Shown: positions 1 through 9,734, counted from the first letter of the stretch. The stretch is DNA of 64,000 nucleotides from a candidate division FCPU426 bacterium (GCA_963840035.1 CAWIXE010000002.1:1632001-1696000), one strand, 5' to 3'. Numbers and translations are program-made. The notes: generated by a model from the sequence alone, not told the origin.

Positions 1-1631
1 AACAACCGCGGATACCCTCCACGGTCCTGCCAAACCTCACCCTCGTTTCAGCCGCTACCCTCTTTTCCCTTTACGCCATGTTGACCGCGGTGCTATTCGC
101 GCTTGTCCACTTCGAAGTCATTACCGTGGATGTATCGCTTTATATCGGGTTCGGGTTCGCCATAGTACAGTTCATACTTTCCCCTTTCATCATGGACTTT
201 ACCCTGCGGTGGTTTTATAAAGTGGAATGGGTTACAACAGACTCCTTAAGCCCCCGCCTTAAAAAATTCCTGGAGGACACCTGCGCCGCGGAAAATATTG
301 ATATCCCCCGCGTCGGGATGATACCTGACGGCGCGCCAAACGCCTTCACTTACGGCCACACGCCCAATAACGCCAGGCTCGTTTTGACCCACGGCATCAT
401 AAGCCTCTTAAACGAGGAAGAGGCCGAAGCTGTGGTCGCGCACGAACTCGGCCACATAGTCCACTGGGACTTCCTTGTTATGACCATCGCCTATGTAGTC
501 CCGCTTATCCTTTATTATATATACAGGACCTTAATCAAGGTTAAGTCCCGCGGCAATGACAAGTCAGCCGGTTACAGGGTCATGATAGCAGTTTCATCCT
601 ACATACTTTACCTGATATCCGAATATATCGTCCTTTTCTTCTCGCGTGTCAGGGAATACTACGCCGACAGGTATTCAGGCGCCGTCACAAAAAATCCGGC
701 CACGCTTGCGTCAGCGCTTATTAAGATAGGTTACGGCCTTGCCGGACGCGAACAAAACAAGGATGAAAAAAGGGAAAGCGAACCTGACGCGGTAAAAGCC
801 CTGGGAATATTTGACGGGTCCGCGGCAAGAGCGCTGGCTGTCACAACTTACTCTACTGCTTCCATGGGCGGCGAAATCGACAAAGAATCCCTCAAAAACT
901 CCATGAAGTGGGACCTATGGAACCCCTGGGCCGCCTTTTATGAGCTTGGCTCCACCCACCCGCTGATTGCAAAAAGGGTCCTCGCTTTAAGCCGCCAATC
1001 GCAAATCATGGGCAAAGAGCCTTTTGTCACCTTTACCGAACAAAAACCGGAAAGTTACTGGGATGAATTTTTAGCCGACCTTTTCATGATGTACCTGCCA
1101 GCGATACTGGCGCTCGCATGTGTTGCCGGTTATTTTGCCCTTGATCACGGATTAATTTATTTAAAAGCGGCTGTAACAGCTTTCGGCCTCGGGTATTTTC
1201 TGCAGGTCCTTTTTTCATACAACATATCATTCTTTCCGCAGATGCCGGTCTCATCGCTTTTAAAAAAAATAAAAGTCTCTTCAGTCAGGCCGGTTCCCTG
1301 TGAAGTAACGGGCACGCTTGTGGGGCGCGGCGTTCCGGGCCTTATCTGGAGCGAGGATTTTGTTCTGCAGGACAAGACGGGTATCATATACCTGGATTAC
1401 AACCAGCCCCTGGCCATTTGGAACTTCTTTTTCGGCCTTTTAAGGAGCGGTAATTACATAGGAAAACAGGTTATTATTTCAGGCTGGTTCCGCAGGTCGC
1501 CCATCCCCTATGTGGAGATAAAGGAAATGCGGGTGGACGGCAAGGATATCTACTGTTACGTTTATCAGGTAAAACTGGCTGTTGCCGTTATCATAATGGT
1601 TTTCGGGATATTCTTTATTTTGAAGCCATAA
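1..1631 (+). CDS. htpX: M48/HtpX-family membrane zinc metalloprotease with extended C-terminal domain; 5' end lies outside the window
   Basis: PNAFTYG, AHELGH (HExxH), REYYAD and STHP motifs. The frame is open from position 3 through the ATG at 78. Confidence 0.85.
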   Translation, partial: QPRIPSTVLPNLTLVSAATLFSLYAMLTAVLFALVHFEVITVDVSLYIGFGFAIVQFILSPFIMDFTLRWFYKVEWVTTDSLSPRLKKFLEDTCAAENIDIPRVGMIPDGAPNAFTYGHTPNNARLVLTHGIISLLNEEEAEAVVAHELGHIVHWDFLVMTIAYVVPLILYYIYRTLIKVKSRGNDKSAGYRVMIAVSSYILYLISEYIVLFFSRVREYYADRYSGAVTKNPATLASALIKIGYGLAGREQNKDEKRESEPDAVKALGIFDGSAARALAVTTYSTASMGGEIDKESLKNSMKWDLWNPWAAFYELGSTHPLIAKRVLALSRQSQIMGKEPFVTFTEQKPESYWDEFLADLFMMYLPAILALACVAGYFALDHGLIYLKAAVTAFGLGYFLQVLFSYNISFFPQMPVSSLLKKIKVSSVRPVPCEVTGTLVGRGVPGLIWSEDFVLQDKTGIIYLDYNQPLAIWNFFFGLLRSGNYIGKQVIISGWFRRSPIPYVEIKEMRVDGKDIYCYVYQVKLAVAVIIMVFGIFFILKP

Positions 1632-2067
1632 CAAGGTCCGCGATTATAACGGAACGCGTGTAATTTACAAAGGCGACACCTTCTTTTATGATACCCCTGA
1701 CTTTTACCGTCCTGCCTTCAAACACAGAAAGATCAATATTTTTTGGATTTTCAATCTGCATTACATTCACATTAAGCAGTTCCGGTTCACCCACGGTATC
1801 CTTCGGGCCCGCATTTACCGGGGTATCGAGCTCAAGCGCGTAGTAAAGCGTCACCCCTCCCGGCGGTTTTAATTGCCCCTGCTGTATTCTGCGCTGCCTG
1901 TATACTATTTTTCCTTTTATATCGGCCACATCGCCGAACTTCACCTCTTCCCTTCCCTTTATGATGCTATACGGGTCTTTTTCATCATTATTCCCGCAGC
2001 CCGTAAAAAAAAGCATGATGACGGGCATCATCACCAGCGCGGTCACCCACAACTTGTTTTTTCTCAT
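1615..2067 (-). CDS. Hypothetical lipoprotein (DUF4431-like)
   Basis: Signal peptide with lipobox FTGC; small OB-fold-like body; same strand as upstream genes. Confidence 0.55.
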   Translation of the reverse strand: MRKNKLWVTALVMMPVIMLFFTGCGNNDEKDPYSIIKGREEVKFGDVADIKGKIVYRQRRIQQGQLKPPGGVTLYYALELDTPVNAGPKDTVGEPELLNVNVMQIENPKNIDLSVFEGRTVKVRGIIKEGVAFVNYTRSVIIADLVMASK

Positions 2068-3165
2068 TTAAAACCCCCTGACTGAAGCCTTAACCTGTGA
2101 TGTAAAATCTTCCGCTATCCGCCTTGCCCCTTTTTCATTAGGATGCCAGTCACACCCTAGTTCATCATTTGAAAGGGAGCCAATGTCAACGCGCACCACT
2201 TTCTTATCCTTAATGGTATCCATGACATCGGTGAAGTATTCCGGGAACGGCGGCGCCTGCGCCGGCCCGTTAACGCATACAATCCAAGCCGAGGGGTAAT
2301 TTTCCCTGACACGTTTAATCAGCCCCAGGTAGGCTTTCTTAAAAGCATCCCCGTCAGGGACGGGCTGTGCTGAGTAGTCATTAGTCCCCAGATTTATGAC
2401 AGCCATGTCCGGCACCCACTTCTTAAAATCCCACTTTATGGAAGGGTCGTTCTGAAGCGTCCTGTCATAATAAAACGGGAGCGGCTCGGCTGATTCCTTC
2501 TTTTGCTCGCCCCAGTTCTTCAAAAGCCCCCTTCCCGAGATGGCTACAATATGGTACTCAGCGCCAAGCGCTTCAGCCGATAATGCGGAAAAAGCCTTTG
2601 AGTTATTCTTGTATTCCCTTTCAGACGGGCATTTGACGCCTATGCCTTCCACGCCGTATCCCACGGTAATGGAATCGCCTATGTATTCTATTTTCTTTTT
2701 TGGCCTCTCAGGAGGCGCAAGGAGTTTTCCTGATTTTTCAAGAAGCAGCCCTTTAAAAACCCCAATCCCCTGATAGCCTTCGCCCCTGCGCGCAACGGTG
2801 AGCAGGTGCCTGCCCTCGGCAAGGTTATCCGCCAGCGTGTATTCCTCAACGCCCGTTTTTGTGACGATTATCGCCTCAGGTTTTCCGTCAATAAATACAT
2901 TATAATCATTATTCCCGTCTTTTATGACAGCTCCGATGTACTTGCCTTCAAAATTCGCCTGTATAAGTATTCCGGGCCAGTCAAACCTCGGTGCGGCGGG
3001 ATCGGTAAAGTCAATCCTGCCGGTGTACTGTATTGCCGGGTCATTCGCCGGAACTGCCTGGCTCCATTTTTTTCCCATTAATGTCGCGCATCCGGCGGCA
3101 ATTACCGCAAACCCCGCGATAGCCAGTGATATCAATAATATTCCCGTCATTTTCCACCTCATCAT
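2068..3165 (-). CDS. SGNH/GDSL carbohydrate esterase (CE2-like) lipoprotein
   Basis: GDSIT, INLGTND and CDWHPN motifs; CE2 N-terminal RFDWPG region; lipobox AAGC. Confidence 0.85.
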   Translation of the reverse strand: MMRWKMTGILLISLAIAGFAVIAAGCATLMGKKWSQAVPANDPAIQYTGRIDFTDPAAPRFDWPGILIQANFEGKYIGAVIKDGNNDYNVFIDGKPEAIIVTKTGVEEYTLADNLAEGRHLLTVARRGEGYQGIGVFKGLLLEKSGKLLAPPERPKKKIEYIGDSITVGYGVEGIGVKCPSEREYKNNSKAFSALSAEALGAEYHIVAISGRGLLKNWGEQKKESAEPLPFYYDRTLQNDPSIKWDFKKWVPDMAVINLGTNDYSAQPVPDGDAFKKAYLGLIKRVRENYPSAWIVCVNGPAQAPPFPEYFTDVMDTIKDKKVVRVDIGSLSNDELGCDWHPNEKGARRIAEDFTSQVKASVRGF

Positions 3166-3722
3166 AATATATGCTCCAGCAATATTTTTGTGCCGATTCC
3201 TATAAGTATCAGCCCGCCTATAAACTCGGCTTTATTCTCAAAAAATTCGCCTGTCTTTTTGCCGACTATCACACCCAGTATCGGGAACGCAAAAGAAGCC
3301 AGGCCGATCATTAAAGCCGGCATCAGGATTGACACTTTCAGGAATGAAAAACTTACGCCGACGGCGAGCGCGTCTATGGATGTGGCAAAGGAAAGAAGTA
3401 TCAGCGCCTTAGTGGATGAGTAGTCTGTCTTATGACAGCCGTCCTCGCATTTTTCAAAGGATTCCAAAAGCATCTTTCCGCCGACTATGAGAAGAAGCCC
3501 GAACGCTATCCAGTGGTCAAAGCTGCTGATGAATTTAGCGAAACCGGTGCCGAGCCCCCAGCCTATTAGTGTCATTCCTGTCTGGAACCCGCCAAAAAAC
3601 AAGGCAATTTTAAAAACATGTCCGGGCTTTATGTCCTTTACTGTTACTCCGACTGTAATGGCCACGGCAAAGCAATCCATGGCAAGGCCTACCGCTATTG
3701 ATAAAACCGTTAATAGGTCCAT
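3162..3722 (-). CDS. mntP: Manganese efflux pump MntP family
   Basis: GLAMDCFAV, DHWIAF and ATSIDALAVG motifs; ATG at 3722 with AAGGAG RBS. Confidence 0.9.
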   Translation of the reverse strand: MDLLTVLSIAVGLAMDCFAVAITVGVTVKDIKPGHVFKIALFFGGFQTGMTLIGWGLGTGFAKFISSFDHWIAFGLLLIVGGKMLLESFEKCEDGCHKTDYSSTKALILLSFATSIDALAVGVSFSFLKVSILMPALMIGLASFAFPILGVIVGKKTGEFFENKAEFIGGLILIGIGTKILLEHIL

Positions 3723-3739
3723 GAGTCTCCTTTTGTGTT

Positions 3740-3808
3740 TAGTGGGCGGTGGGTAGTGTTTAGCTGCCATAGATTGACTGCTACTCACCAACCACTGCCC
3801 ACCACTCA
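3740..3808. repeat. Imperfect inverted heptamer-type repeat hairpin
   Basis: TAGTGGGCGGTGGGTAGTG ... CTACTCACCAACCACTGCCCACCACTCA. Confidence 0.45.
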
Positions 3809-4153
3809 CTTTTTCTTAACTCCCTTACAATACCCCTGTATATGCTTAAGTTCCTCGTCCGACTCCAGTACATGCTTCCAGTACGGAAAAGTAACACACT
3901 GCGAAGGCCTTACCGGGTATATGATGCACCGTCCGTCAATGAGGAATGCGCATCCGTCAGCGTCGGTCTCAATAACCCGCCCCTGCATAAGCAGGAACCT
4001 CGTATATTTTTTCTTGAATTCCGCGTAAGATATCTGCAGGTATCCGGCGATTTTTCTGCCTTCGCCCCATTTCAGGTAAACATACCCGTCAACCCTGCAG
4101 CACTCCCCGCATTTTAAACAGCCAAACGTGATATCTTCCTTTTTAAGTTTCAT
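3806..4153 (-). CDS. YkgJ-family cysteine cluster (Fe-S/Zn) protein
   Basis: CxxCGxCC...C...CxIYxxRPxQCxxFP; ATG at 4153 with GAGAGG RBS. Confidence 0.85.
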   Translation of the reverse strand: MKLKKEDITFGCLKCGECCRVDGYVYLKWGEGRKIAGYLQISYAEFKKKYTRFLLMQGRVIETDADGCAFLIDGRCIIYPVRPSQCVTFPYWKHVLESDEELKHIQGYCKGVKKK

Positions 4154-4165
4154 AAGCCTCTCATT

Positions 4166-4265
4166 TAGTCTCAACAATCTCAGAAGTCTCAACGATCTCA
4201 ACAGCCTGGTACGTGGTGTTTAAAACTTTTGAGATCATTGAGACCTCTGAGACTACTGAGACTTT
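4166..4265. repeat. Inverted array of 9-bp units (xxTCTCAxx x4 / xxTGAGAxx x4)
   Basis: AGTCTCAAC AATCTCAGA AGTCTCAAC GATCTCAAC ... TTGAGATCA TTGAGACCT CTGAGACTA CTGAGACT. Confidence 0.7.
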
Positions 4266-4276
4266 ACTGCCTTCTA

Positions 4277-4639
4277 TTACTGTAAAACCAGCCAATCCTT
4301 TGCCGTTTCAAGCTTATCAAACATGTAGAGGTTTTTCCTTCCGGTAAACCTCTGCACTGCCATGAAAATCATCTTTTTCAGGCCTGTCACGCCCACTACG
4401 GCCGTTACTTTCATATATGGCCTGTCATAGCTGGCCAGGTCTTTTAATGCCGCGAACAGTTCGGTGTCAAAGCTGGAAAACCGCACATCCACCAGTCCGT
4501 ATATGGACTTCTCCGGGTATTTTCTGACAGTCTTTTTTGTTTCCTCTATTGCCCCGAGTATTTCTTCCACCTTGGTGTAGGAAAAATCCATAAGCAGAAT
4601 CTTCCTGCCTTTGTGGTTTATGAACCCTACTTGTGCCAT
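4277..4639 (-). CDS. Small STAS/SpoIIAA-like hypothetical protein
   Basis: HKGRKILLMDFS...AVVGVTGLKK...FDKLETAKDWL pattern; GGAG RBS. Confidence 0.6.
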   Translation of the reverse strand: MAQVGFINHKGRKILLMDFSYTKVEEILGAIEETKKTVRKYPEKSIYGLVDVRFSSFDTELFAALKDLASYDRPYMKVTAVVGVTGLKKMIFMAVQRFTGRKNLYMFDKLETAKDWLVLQ

Positions 4640-4961
4640 ATATATGCTCCCTTTAATGTAATGGAAACGCGCAGGCGTTTTTACGGCTTATATGATTATA
4701 TTTTAAAGGCTGAAAAAGTCAAACAGGAATTACAAATGTTTTTCTTGATTTGGGTGCTGTGGAATACGCAAAATACCGGCTCGCAAACTGAAATAATCTT
4801 GCACCGCTGTTCTTTTGACCTGAACTTTATTTCATTTCCCCTGCATAACGTTTGTTTTTTCACGCGACAACCATGTGCTTCCTGCTGTCCATACAGTTTT
4901 TATTTTTTAATTGATTTATACCCCTCAGATATTATAATGAAAAAAATTAACGGAGGTTTTC

Positions 4962-5324
4962 ATGGCATATTTCACGTGGATGGAGCACAAAAACAAGCGG
5001 ATAATGTATATTGAACTTGCAAGCCAGAGCAAGGAAGAACTGGCGGTTAAGATCGCGCAGATCTCCCCGGTCATAGAAAAAGAACCCCCGGGCTCGCTTC
5101 TGTGCGTCGCGACCACTAAGGGAGGCAGGTTCAGCCCGGATATAATGAAAATGCTTCGCGAATTCACCACACACAACCTGCCATTTATGAAAGCCACGGT
5201 GTTAATCGGGCTGGAAGGGCTTCAGAAACCTTTATATGAGTCATTCATTATGGTCACCCGGCGTAAAAACTTGTATGTAAAAGATACCCTGGACGAAGCC
5301 CTCGACCTGCTGGCGGAATTATAA
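4962..5324 (+). CDS. Small STAS/SpoIIAA-like hypothetical protein, paralog of 4277-4639
   Basis: HKNKRIMYIELAS...PFMKATVLIGLEGLQK...DTLDEALDLL; GGAGG RBS; same length (120 aa). Confidence 0.6.
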   Translation: MAYFTWMEHKNKRIMYIELASQSKEELAVKIAQISPVIEKEPPGSLLCVATTKGGRFSPDIMKMLREFTTHNLPFMKATVLIGLEGLQKPLYESFIMVTRRKNLYVKDTLDEALDLLAEL

Positions 5325-5330
5325 CGGCCG

Positions 5331-6263
5331 CTATAAAAAGGTTTTCTTTTTCATTATGGAATTATAAATTCTTTCAGTTGTTTCAGCCTTTACCCCGGCT
5401 AAAACCGCCATCCTTAATATCGCGCCGCCGAAGATGTCCCTCTCATCAGGTTTTTCAGGTATCTCATAATCCCTGTGGAAAGATGTCTTTGTGTCGCGCG
5501 GAAAACCTTTTCCCTTATTAAAAGAATCCTCGATTATTGACGGCGGCAGATTGATATGCCTCTTGGACGCTATCTCAGCTATCTCCTTCATAATACCCTT
5601 AACATATCCGCTCAGTTCCCCGGAGGAAATAACCTCCCCGATGGTTTTGCCGGCATCCGCCGTAACAAGGCCGAAAGCCGCGATGAAGATGAATTTGCCC
5701 CATATTTCAGGATACGGGTCCTCACTCCACTTGTATTTTATGCCCGCCCTTTTGAATAAGTCAAAAATAATTTCCGGGACCAGATTATTTCCCGGGTCCT
5801 TGCCGAAAATAATGGTGCTTGCGCCTCCCCGCTGCGTTACCTTGCCCGGACGCTCAATGTATGTACCCACATATACGCATGAAGGGAAAACAATCCCGTC
5901 ATGTATTACGCTGCGTATCCGCTCATATATGTCAACTCCGTTTAAAAGCGGCAAAATAAGCGTCGTATCTTTTATCTTAGGCTTAAGCTGATTTAAGACT
6001 TCGCCAAGGCTGTATGATTTGACGCATATAAGGCACAGGTCGAGCCCGGGCAGTTCAGCTATGTTTGACGCGGCCATAGTGGGTTTGCATACATACTGCC
6101 CGTCATCGCTGTCAAGGATAAGCCCGTGCGCCTTTATCTCGTGCAAGTGCTGCCCTCTGGCGATAAAATAAATTTTCAGATTTTTATCCGTGGATAACAG
6201 CTGCGTGAGCTTGCCTCCAAAATAACCGCCAACCCCGCCCGTGCCGATAATTGCGATGTTCAT
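5331..6263 (-). CDS. panE: 2-dehydropantoate 2-reductase
   Basis: GTGGVGG Rossmann motif, CVKSY, LLNG, WGKFIF and TSFHRD. Confidence 0.85.
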   Translation of the reverse strand: MNIAIIGTGGVGGYFGGKLTQLLSTDKNLKIYFIARGQHLHEIKAHGLILDSDDGQYVCKPTMAASNIAELPGLDLCLICVKSYSLGEVLNQLKPKIKDTTLILPLLNGVDIYERIRSVIHDGIVFPSCVYVGTYIERPGKVTQRGGASTIIFGKDPGNNLVPEIIFDLFKRAGIKYKWSEDPYPEIWGKFIFIAAFGLVTADAGKTIGEVISSGELSGYVKGIMKEIAEIASKRHINLPPSIIEDSFNKGKGFPRDTKTSFHRDYEIPEKPDERDIFGGAILRMAVLAGVKAETTERIYNSIMKKKTFL

Positions 6264-6313
6264 TGACTGAACTCCTTTTTTGCTTCGTTAAATTTTTAGA
6301 CCTTTGAACATTC

Positions 6314-7168
6314 TTACCTGTAAACTGAATAAATTATCCTGTTTTTACCGCCGTGCTTTGCCATGTACATCATGTCGTCGGCTTTTTTTATCATGTCATC
6401 GACATTATCCGGCGCCTTTAAAAAAGTCACCACGCCGAAACTGAAAGTAATCGCGTGTCTTTCCTTTCTCATAAGGTCGTTTAAGATCCTGTTTATCTTT
6501 TCAATGGTCCTCTTCGCCTGCTCCGGCCTTGTTTCTATAAGAAGTATCGCGAACTCATCGCCGCCGAGCCTTGCAACCACGTCTGTAGGCCTTAAAGACC
6601 TCCTGATGGTATACGCAATTTCCATAAGCACATGATCGCCTGCCTGATGCCCGTAAAGGTCATTTATGGCCTTAAAATTATCTACATCAAAATACGCTAT
6701 GGTAAAGGGATCCTTATAGCGTTTAAGCCTTTTCAGTTCCATACCGGCGTAATTAAAAAAAGCCCTGCTGTTTGAAATTTTTGTAAGAAAATCTTCGTTG
6801 GCTGATTTTGTCTCACCGGTCACATATTTCCTGACAGTCAGCGTCAGGAGGGTAATTACCAGGAACAGGATAGCCCTTGCGGCAGCGTTTATGTAAGGTA
6901 TAAACGCCGCGGTGTAATTCCTCCCGCCAAGCAAATCACCTGCCAGCCACGTCAACGCGGCAAGAATACAGGTAGTAAAAGCGCCTCTTTTACCTCCGTA
7001 CCAGGCCGCTGTCATGACAGGAATTATGTAAAATATGGCAAACGAAAACTCATTGCCTATAAATATGCCCAGCCAGCCCAGACACACACACATAAAAACG
7101 CATATGGCCATAATAATGCCGCGGTTGGTTTTTTGGAGCATTCTGTCAACATCGGATAATTTATACAT
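6314..7168 (-). CDS. Membrane-anchored GGDEF diguanylate cyclase
   Basis: Four N-terminal TM segments; DVDNFKAINDLYGHQAGD and RLGGDEF; likely ATG at 7168. Confidence 0.9.
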   Translation of the reverse strand: MYKLSDVDRMLQKTNRGIIMAICVFMCVCLGWLGIFIGNEFSFAIFYIIPVMTAAWYGGKRGAFTTCILAALTWLAGDLLGGRNYTAAFIPYINAAARAILFLVITLLTLTVRKYVTGETKSANEDFLTKISNSRAFFNYAGMELKRLKRYKDPFTIAYFDVDNFKAINDLYGHQAGDHVLMEIAYTIRRSLRPTDVVARLGGDEFAILLIETRPEQAKRTIEKINRILNDLMRKERHAITFSFGVVTFLKAPDNVDDMIKKADDMMYMAKHGGKNRIIYSVYR

Positions 7169-7403
7169 GCTCACCCCGGAAAATGGATGAAACCCCATTT
7201 ATAATCGTGCGGAGCCTTCCAATACTTTCCACATCTATTATAGCAAATACCGGAGACGGCAATGTATTTATTTATGCAGCTTGAATAAGCGGCATATTTT
7301 AATGCCAAATATCCGTGAAACTTGCTATCTGCGTATTTCATGTATATAATTAGTAGGTAAACCTTCTAAAAACTCAGACCCCAAATTCAAGAAATTTTCA
7401 CCA

Positions 7404-7931
7404 TTGGGGGTGATTATTTTGAAACATGTTGAATACTACGAAAACTACCCGCTTTCAACCGTACTTACGGCAAGCCTTCTACAGTTGTCCATATTTTCCA
7501 TGGGCGCGTACATAATCAGCCTGACAGGCTTAATCTGGATGGCGGTATATATCATTTTCATCTTATGGATGGAAATACGCCTCATGACAAAGAGCTGCGT
7601 TAACTGTTATTATTACGGGAAAACGTGTTTTTCCGGCATGGGCAGGCTCGCCCCGCTTTTCAAAAAAGGCGACCCGGACAAATTCATCAATGGCGAAATA
7701 AGCCTTGTGGATGTTATCCCGGATTTTATCGTATCTTTCGCGCCTGCTGTTGCAGGAATTATTTTACTGGTTAAAGATTTCAGCGTGCCGCTGCTGGCAG
7801 TGGTGCTGTCATTGATAGCGCTGACAACCTGGGGAAACGGCTTTGTCCGGTCCACCCTCGCGTGCAAAAACTGCAAACAAAGGCTGCTCGGCTGCCCGGC
7901 TGAGAGGATGCTCAATAAGAGGAAGTCATGA
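7404..7931 (+). CDS. Hypothetical membrane protein with CxxC motifs
   Basis: Four TM segments; CVNCYYYGKTC and CKNCKQRLLGCP; alternative TTG start at 7419. Confidence 0.7.
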   Translation: MGVIILKHVEYYENYPLSTVLTASLLQLSIFSMGAYIISLTGLIWMAVYIIFILWMEIRLMTKSCVNCYYYGKTCFSGMGRLAPLFKKGDPDKFINGEISLVDVIPDFIVSFAPAVAGIILLVKDFSVPLLAVVLSLIALTTWGNGFVRSTLACKNCKQRLLGCPAERMLNKRKS

Positions 7932-7960
7932 AAATATTTTTTTGTTGTTGTCTTAATTTC

Positions 7961-8036
7961 TGGTAGCCGCAACCTTCAGGTTGCGTAAGGCGGGGTTAAC
8001 GTCCTTCCTTGCGCAACCTGAAGGTTGCGGCTACCA
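7961..8036. repeat. GTAG-type REP doublet (REPIN-like inverted pair)
   Basis: TGGTAGCCGCAACCTTCAGGTTGCGTAAGG ... CCTTGCGCAACCTGAAGGTTGCGGCTACCA; each arm is itself palindromic; lies between convergent genes. Confidence 0.8.
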
Positions 8037-8052
8037 ATGCATTTTTAATAAA

Positions 8053-9018
8053 CTACACCGTTATAACAACTTTTCCCTTCGCATGCCCGGCGCCAAGATA
8101 CCTGAAAGCCTCGGCAGTCTCGCTTAAGGGATAACGCCTGTCAATAATTGATTTAACTTTACCCGCTTCAATAAGCCCTTGGAGCAATATCAGCACCCTT
8201 TTCTCCGGGTTCGAAGTCAGGGCAAATACTTTCTTGCCTCCCGTAGAATAAAAAGCCCCCAGAAGCACAGCCTGAAATATCTGCTGCATTGTACCCCCGG
8301 CCGAGACGTAAATTCCTCCCGGGCTTAATGACTTCATATAATCCGGGATGGAATGGTAGCCGTTAGCGCCTAATATCAGGTCATATGTTTTGCCGCTTTT
8401 GGTAAAATCTTCCATTGTGTAATCTATTACATGGTCCGCGCCCATGGACTTTGCCATTTCCACATTTCCGGCGCTGCATACCGCCGTGACTTCAGCGCCG
8501 AATGATTTGGCTATCTGCACCGCGAAAGTCCCAACACCGCCTGAGGCGCCGTTGATCAGGACTTTCTGCCCGGCTTTTATATTCCCCTTGATAAGCCCTT
8601 TATACGCTGTGACGCCGGCTAAAGGCACTGCCGCCGCTTCCTCATAGGACATATTTGACGGCATTATCGACAGCACTGATTCCTTCGCGCATACATACTC
8701 GGCGTAAGCGCCGAAAGGCCGGTCAAACAGGTCACCGTAAACATCATCGCCTGCTTTAAGCTCTTTAACGTCTTTCCCGACAGCCTCTACCCTGCCTGCT
8801 ACATCACATCCGAGAATGGCGTTTTTAGGCCTGAACAGACCATAGCCGGCCAGCCTTATGAGGAAAGGCTTTCCCGCGAGCATGTAATAGTCAGCCTTGT
8901 TTACGGATGACGCGAGTACTTTTACAAGTACCTCGTCATCCTTCGGCACAGGCTTTGCGACTTCCTGAAGTGAAACGTTGTCCGGCGTCCCATATTTTGT
9001 GTAAATGACAGCTTTCAT
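8053..9018 (-). CDS. NAD(P)-dependent alcohol dehydrogenase/quinone oxidoreductase (MDR superfamily)
   Basis: GCDVAG, INGASGGVG and GHAKGKVVI. Confidence 0.9.
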   Translation of the reverse strand: MKAVIYTKYGTPDNVSLQEVAKPVPKDDEVLVKVLASSVNKADYYMLAGKPFLIRLAGYGLFRPKNAILGCDVAGRVEAVGKDVKELKAGDDVYGDLFDRPFGAYAEYVCAKESVLSIMPSNMSYEEAAAVPLAGVTAYKGLIKGNIKAGQKVLINGASGGVGTFAVQIAKSFGAEVTAVCSAGNVEMAKSMGADHVIDYTMEDFTKSGKTYDLILGANGYHSIPDYMKSLSPGGIYVSAGGTMQQIFQAVLLGAFYSTGGKKVFALTSNPEKRVLILLQGLIEAGKVKSIIDRRYPLSETAEAFRYLGAGHAKGKVVITV

Positions 9019-9045
9019 ATAACCCCCTCTTAATTATTTTTTAGT

Positions 9046-9159
9046 TGTCATTGCGAGGAGGCGTTTCAATTACTTGCCGACGAAGCAATCTCGCTTTTCG
9101 TCTGTTTTAAACGAGATTGCTTCGTCGCCGTAGTGCAAATACGGCTCCTCGCAATGACA
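9046..9159. repeat. Nested palindromic element (GTCATTGCGAG...GAAGCAATCT/AGATTGCTTC...CTCGCAATGAC)
   Basis: Outer IR TGTCATTGCGAGGAG/CTCCTCGCAATGACA; inner IR CGACGAAGCAATCTCG/CGAGATTGCTTCGTCG. Confidence 0.8.
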
Positions 9160-9188
9160 GACAGTACGGTTCTTAACAGTTCATGTAC

Positions 9189-9485
9189 TTAAAGCCCTGC
9201 CATTCCGAGCAGCTTATAAACAAGCAGCACCGGCCATACTATCGCCTTCAACAGCCCGAGAACGCCCACCCAAAATCCTGTTGCATGCGATATAAAATAT
9301 ATCGCCGCGCCGATGAACCCAAGCCCGTATACCGCATTGCCGCCGTTGTTGGTATGATGGTGCCATTTCTTATCCTTGCACTCGCCGTTTTCCATTTCTT
9401 TTTCTATTTCTTTTCCTATAGCGCTGCCTATTGCCTTTCCAATTTCTCCGCCCTTTACGCTTGCTTTTACTTTTGCCTTTGCCAT
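9189..9485 (-). CDS. Small membrane protein
   Basis: AVYGLGFIGAAIYFISHATGFWVGVLGLLKAIVWP; AAGGAGG RBS. Confidence 0.75.
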   Translation of the reverse strand: MAKAKVKASVKGGEIGKAIGSAIGKEIEKEMENGECKDKKWHHHTNNGGNAVYGLGFIGAAIYFISHATGFWVGVLGLLKAIVWPVLLVYKLLGMAGL

Positions 9486-9535
9486 GATGTTGCCTCCTTA
9501 ATTTTCGGGTGTTTGGCCCGTGGTTGTAGTTCTTG

Positions 9536-9734
9536 GTCTCAGATAAGGCGTCTCAGATAAGGCGTCTCAGGTGAGTCGTCTCAGGTGAGTCGTCTCAGGT
9601 GAGTCGTCTCAGGTGAGTCGTCTCAGGTGAGTCGTCTCAGGTGAGTCGTCTCAGGTGAACCGTCTCAGGTGAGCCGTCTCAGGTGAGCCGTCTCAGGTGA
9701 GCCGTCTCAGGTGAACCGTCTCATGTGAACCGTC
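9536..9734. repeat. 14-bp tandem repeat, 14 copies (GTCTCAGGTGAGTC and variants)
   Basis: Units start every 14 bp from 9536 to 9718. Confidence 0.95.

Noticed and set aside
9536..9734. CRISPR array
   Set aside because: Contiguous 14-bp units with no unique spacers and no cas genes
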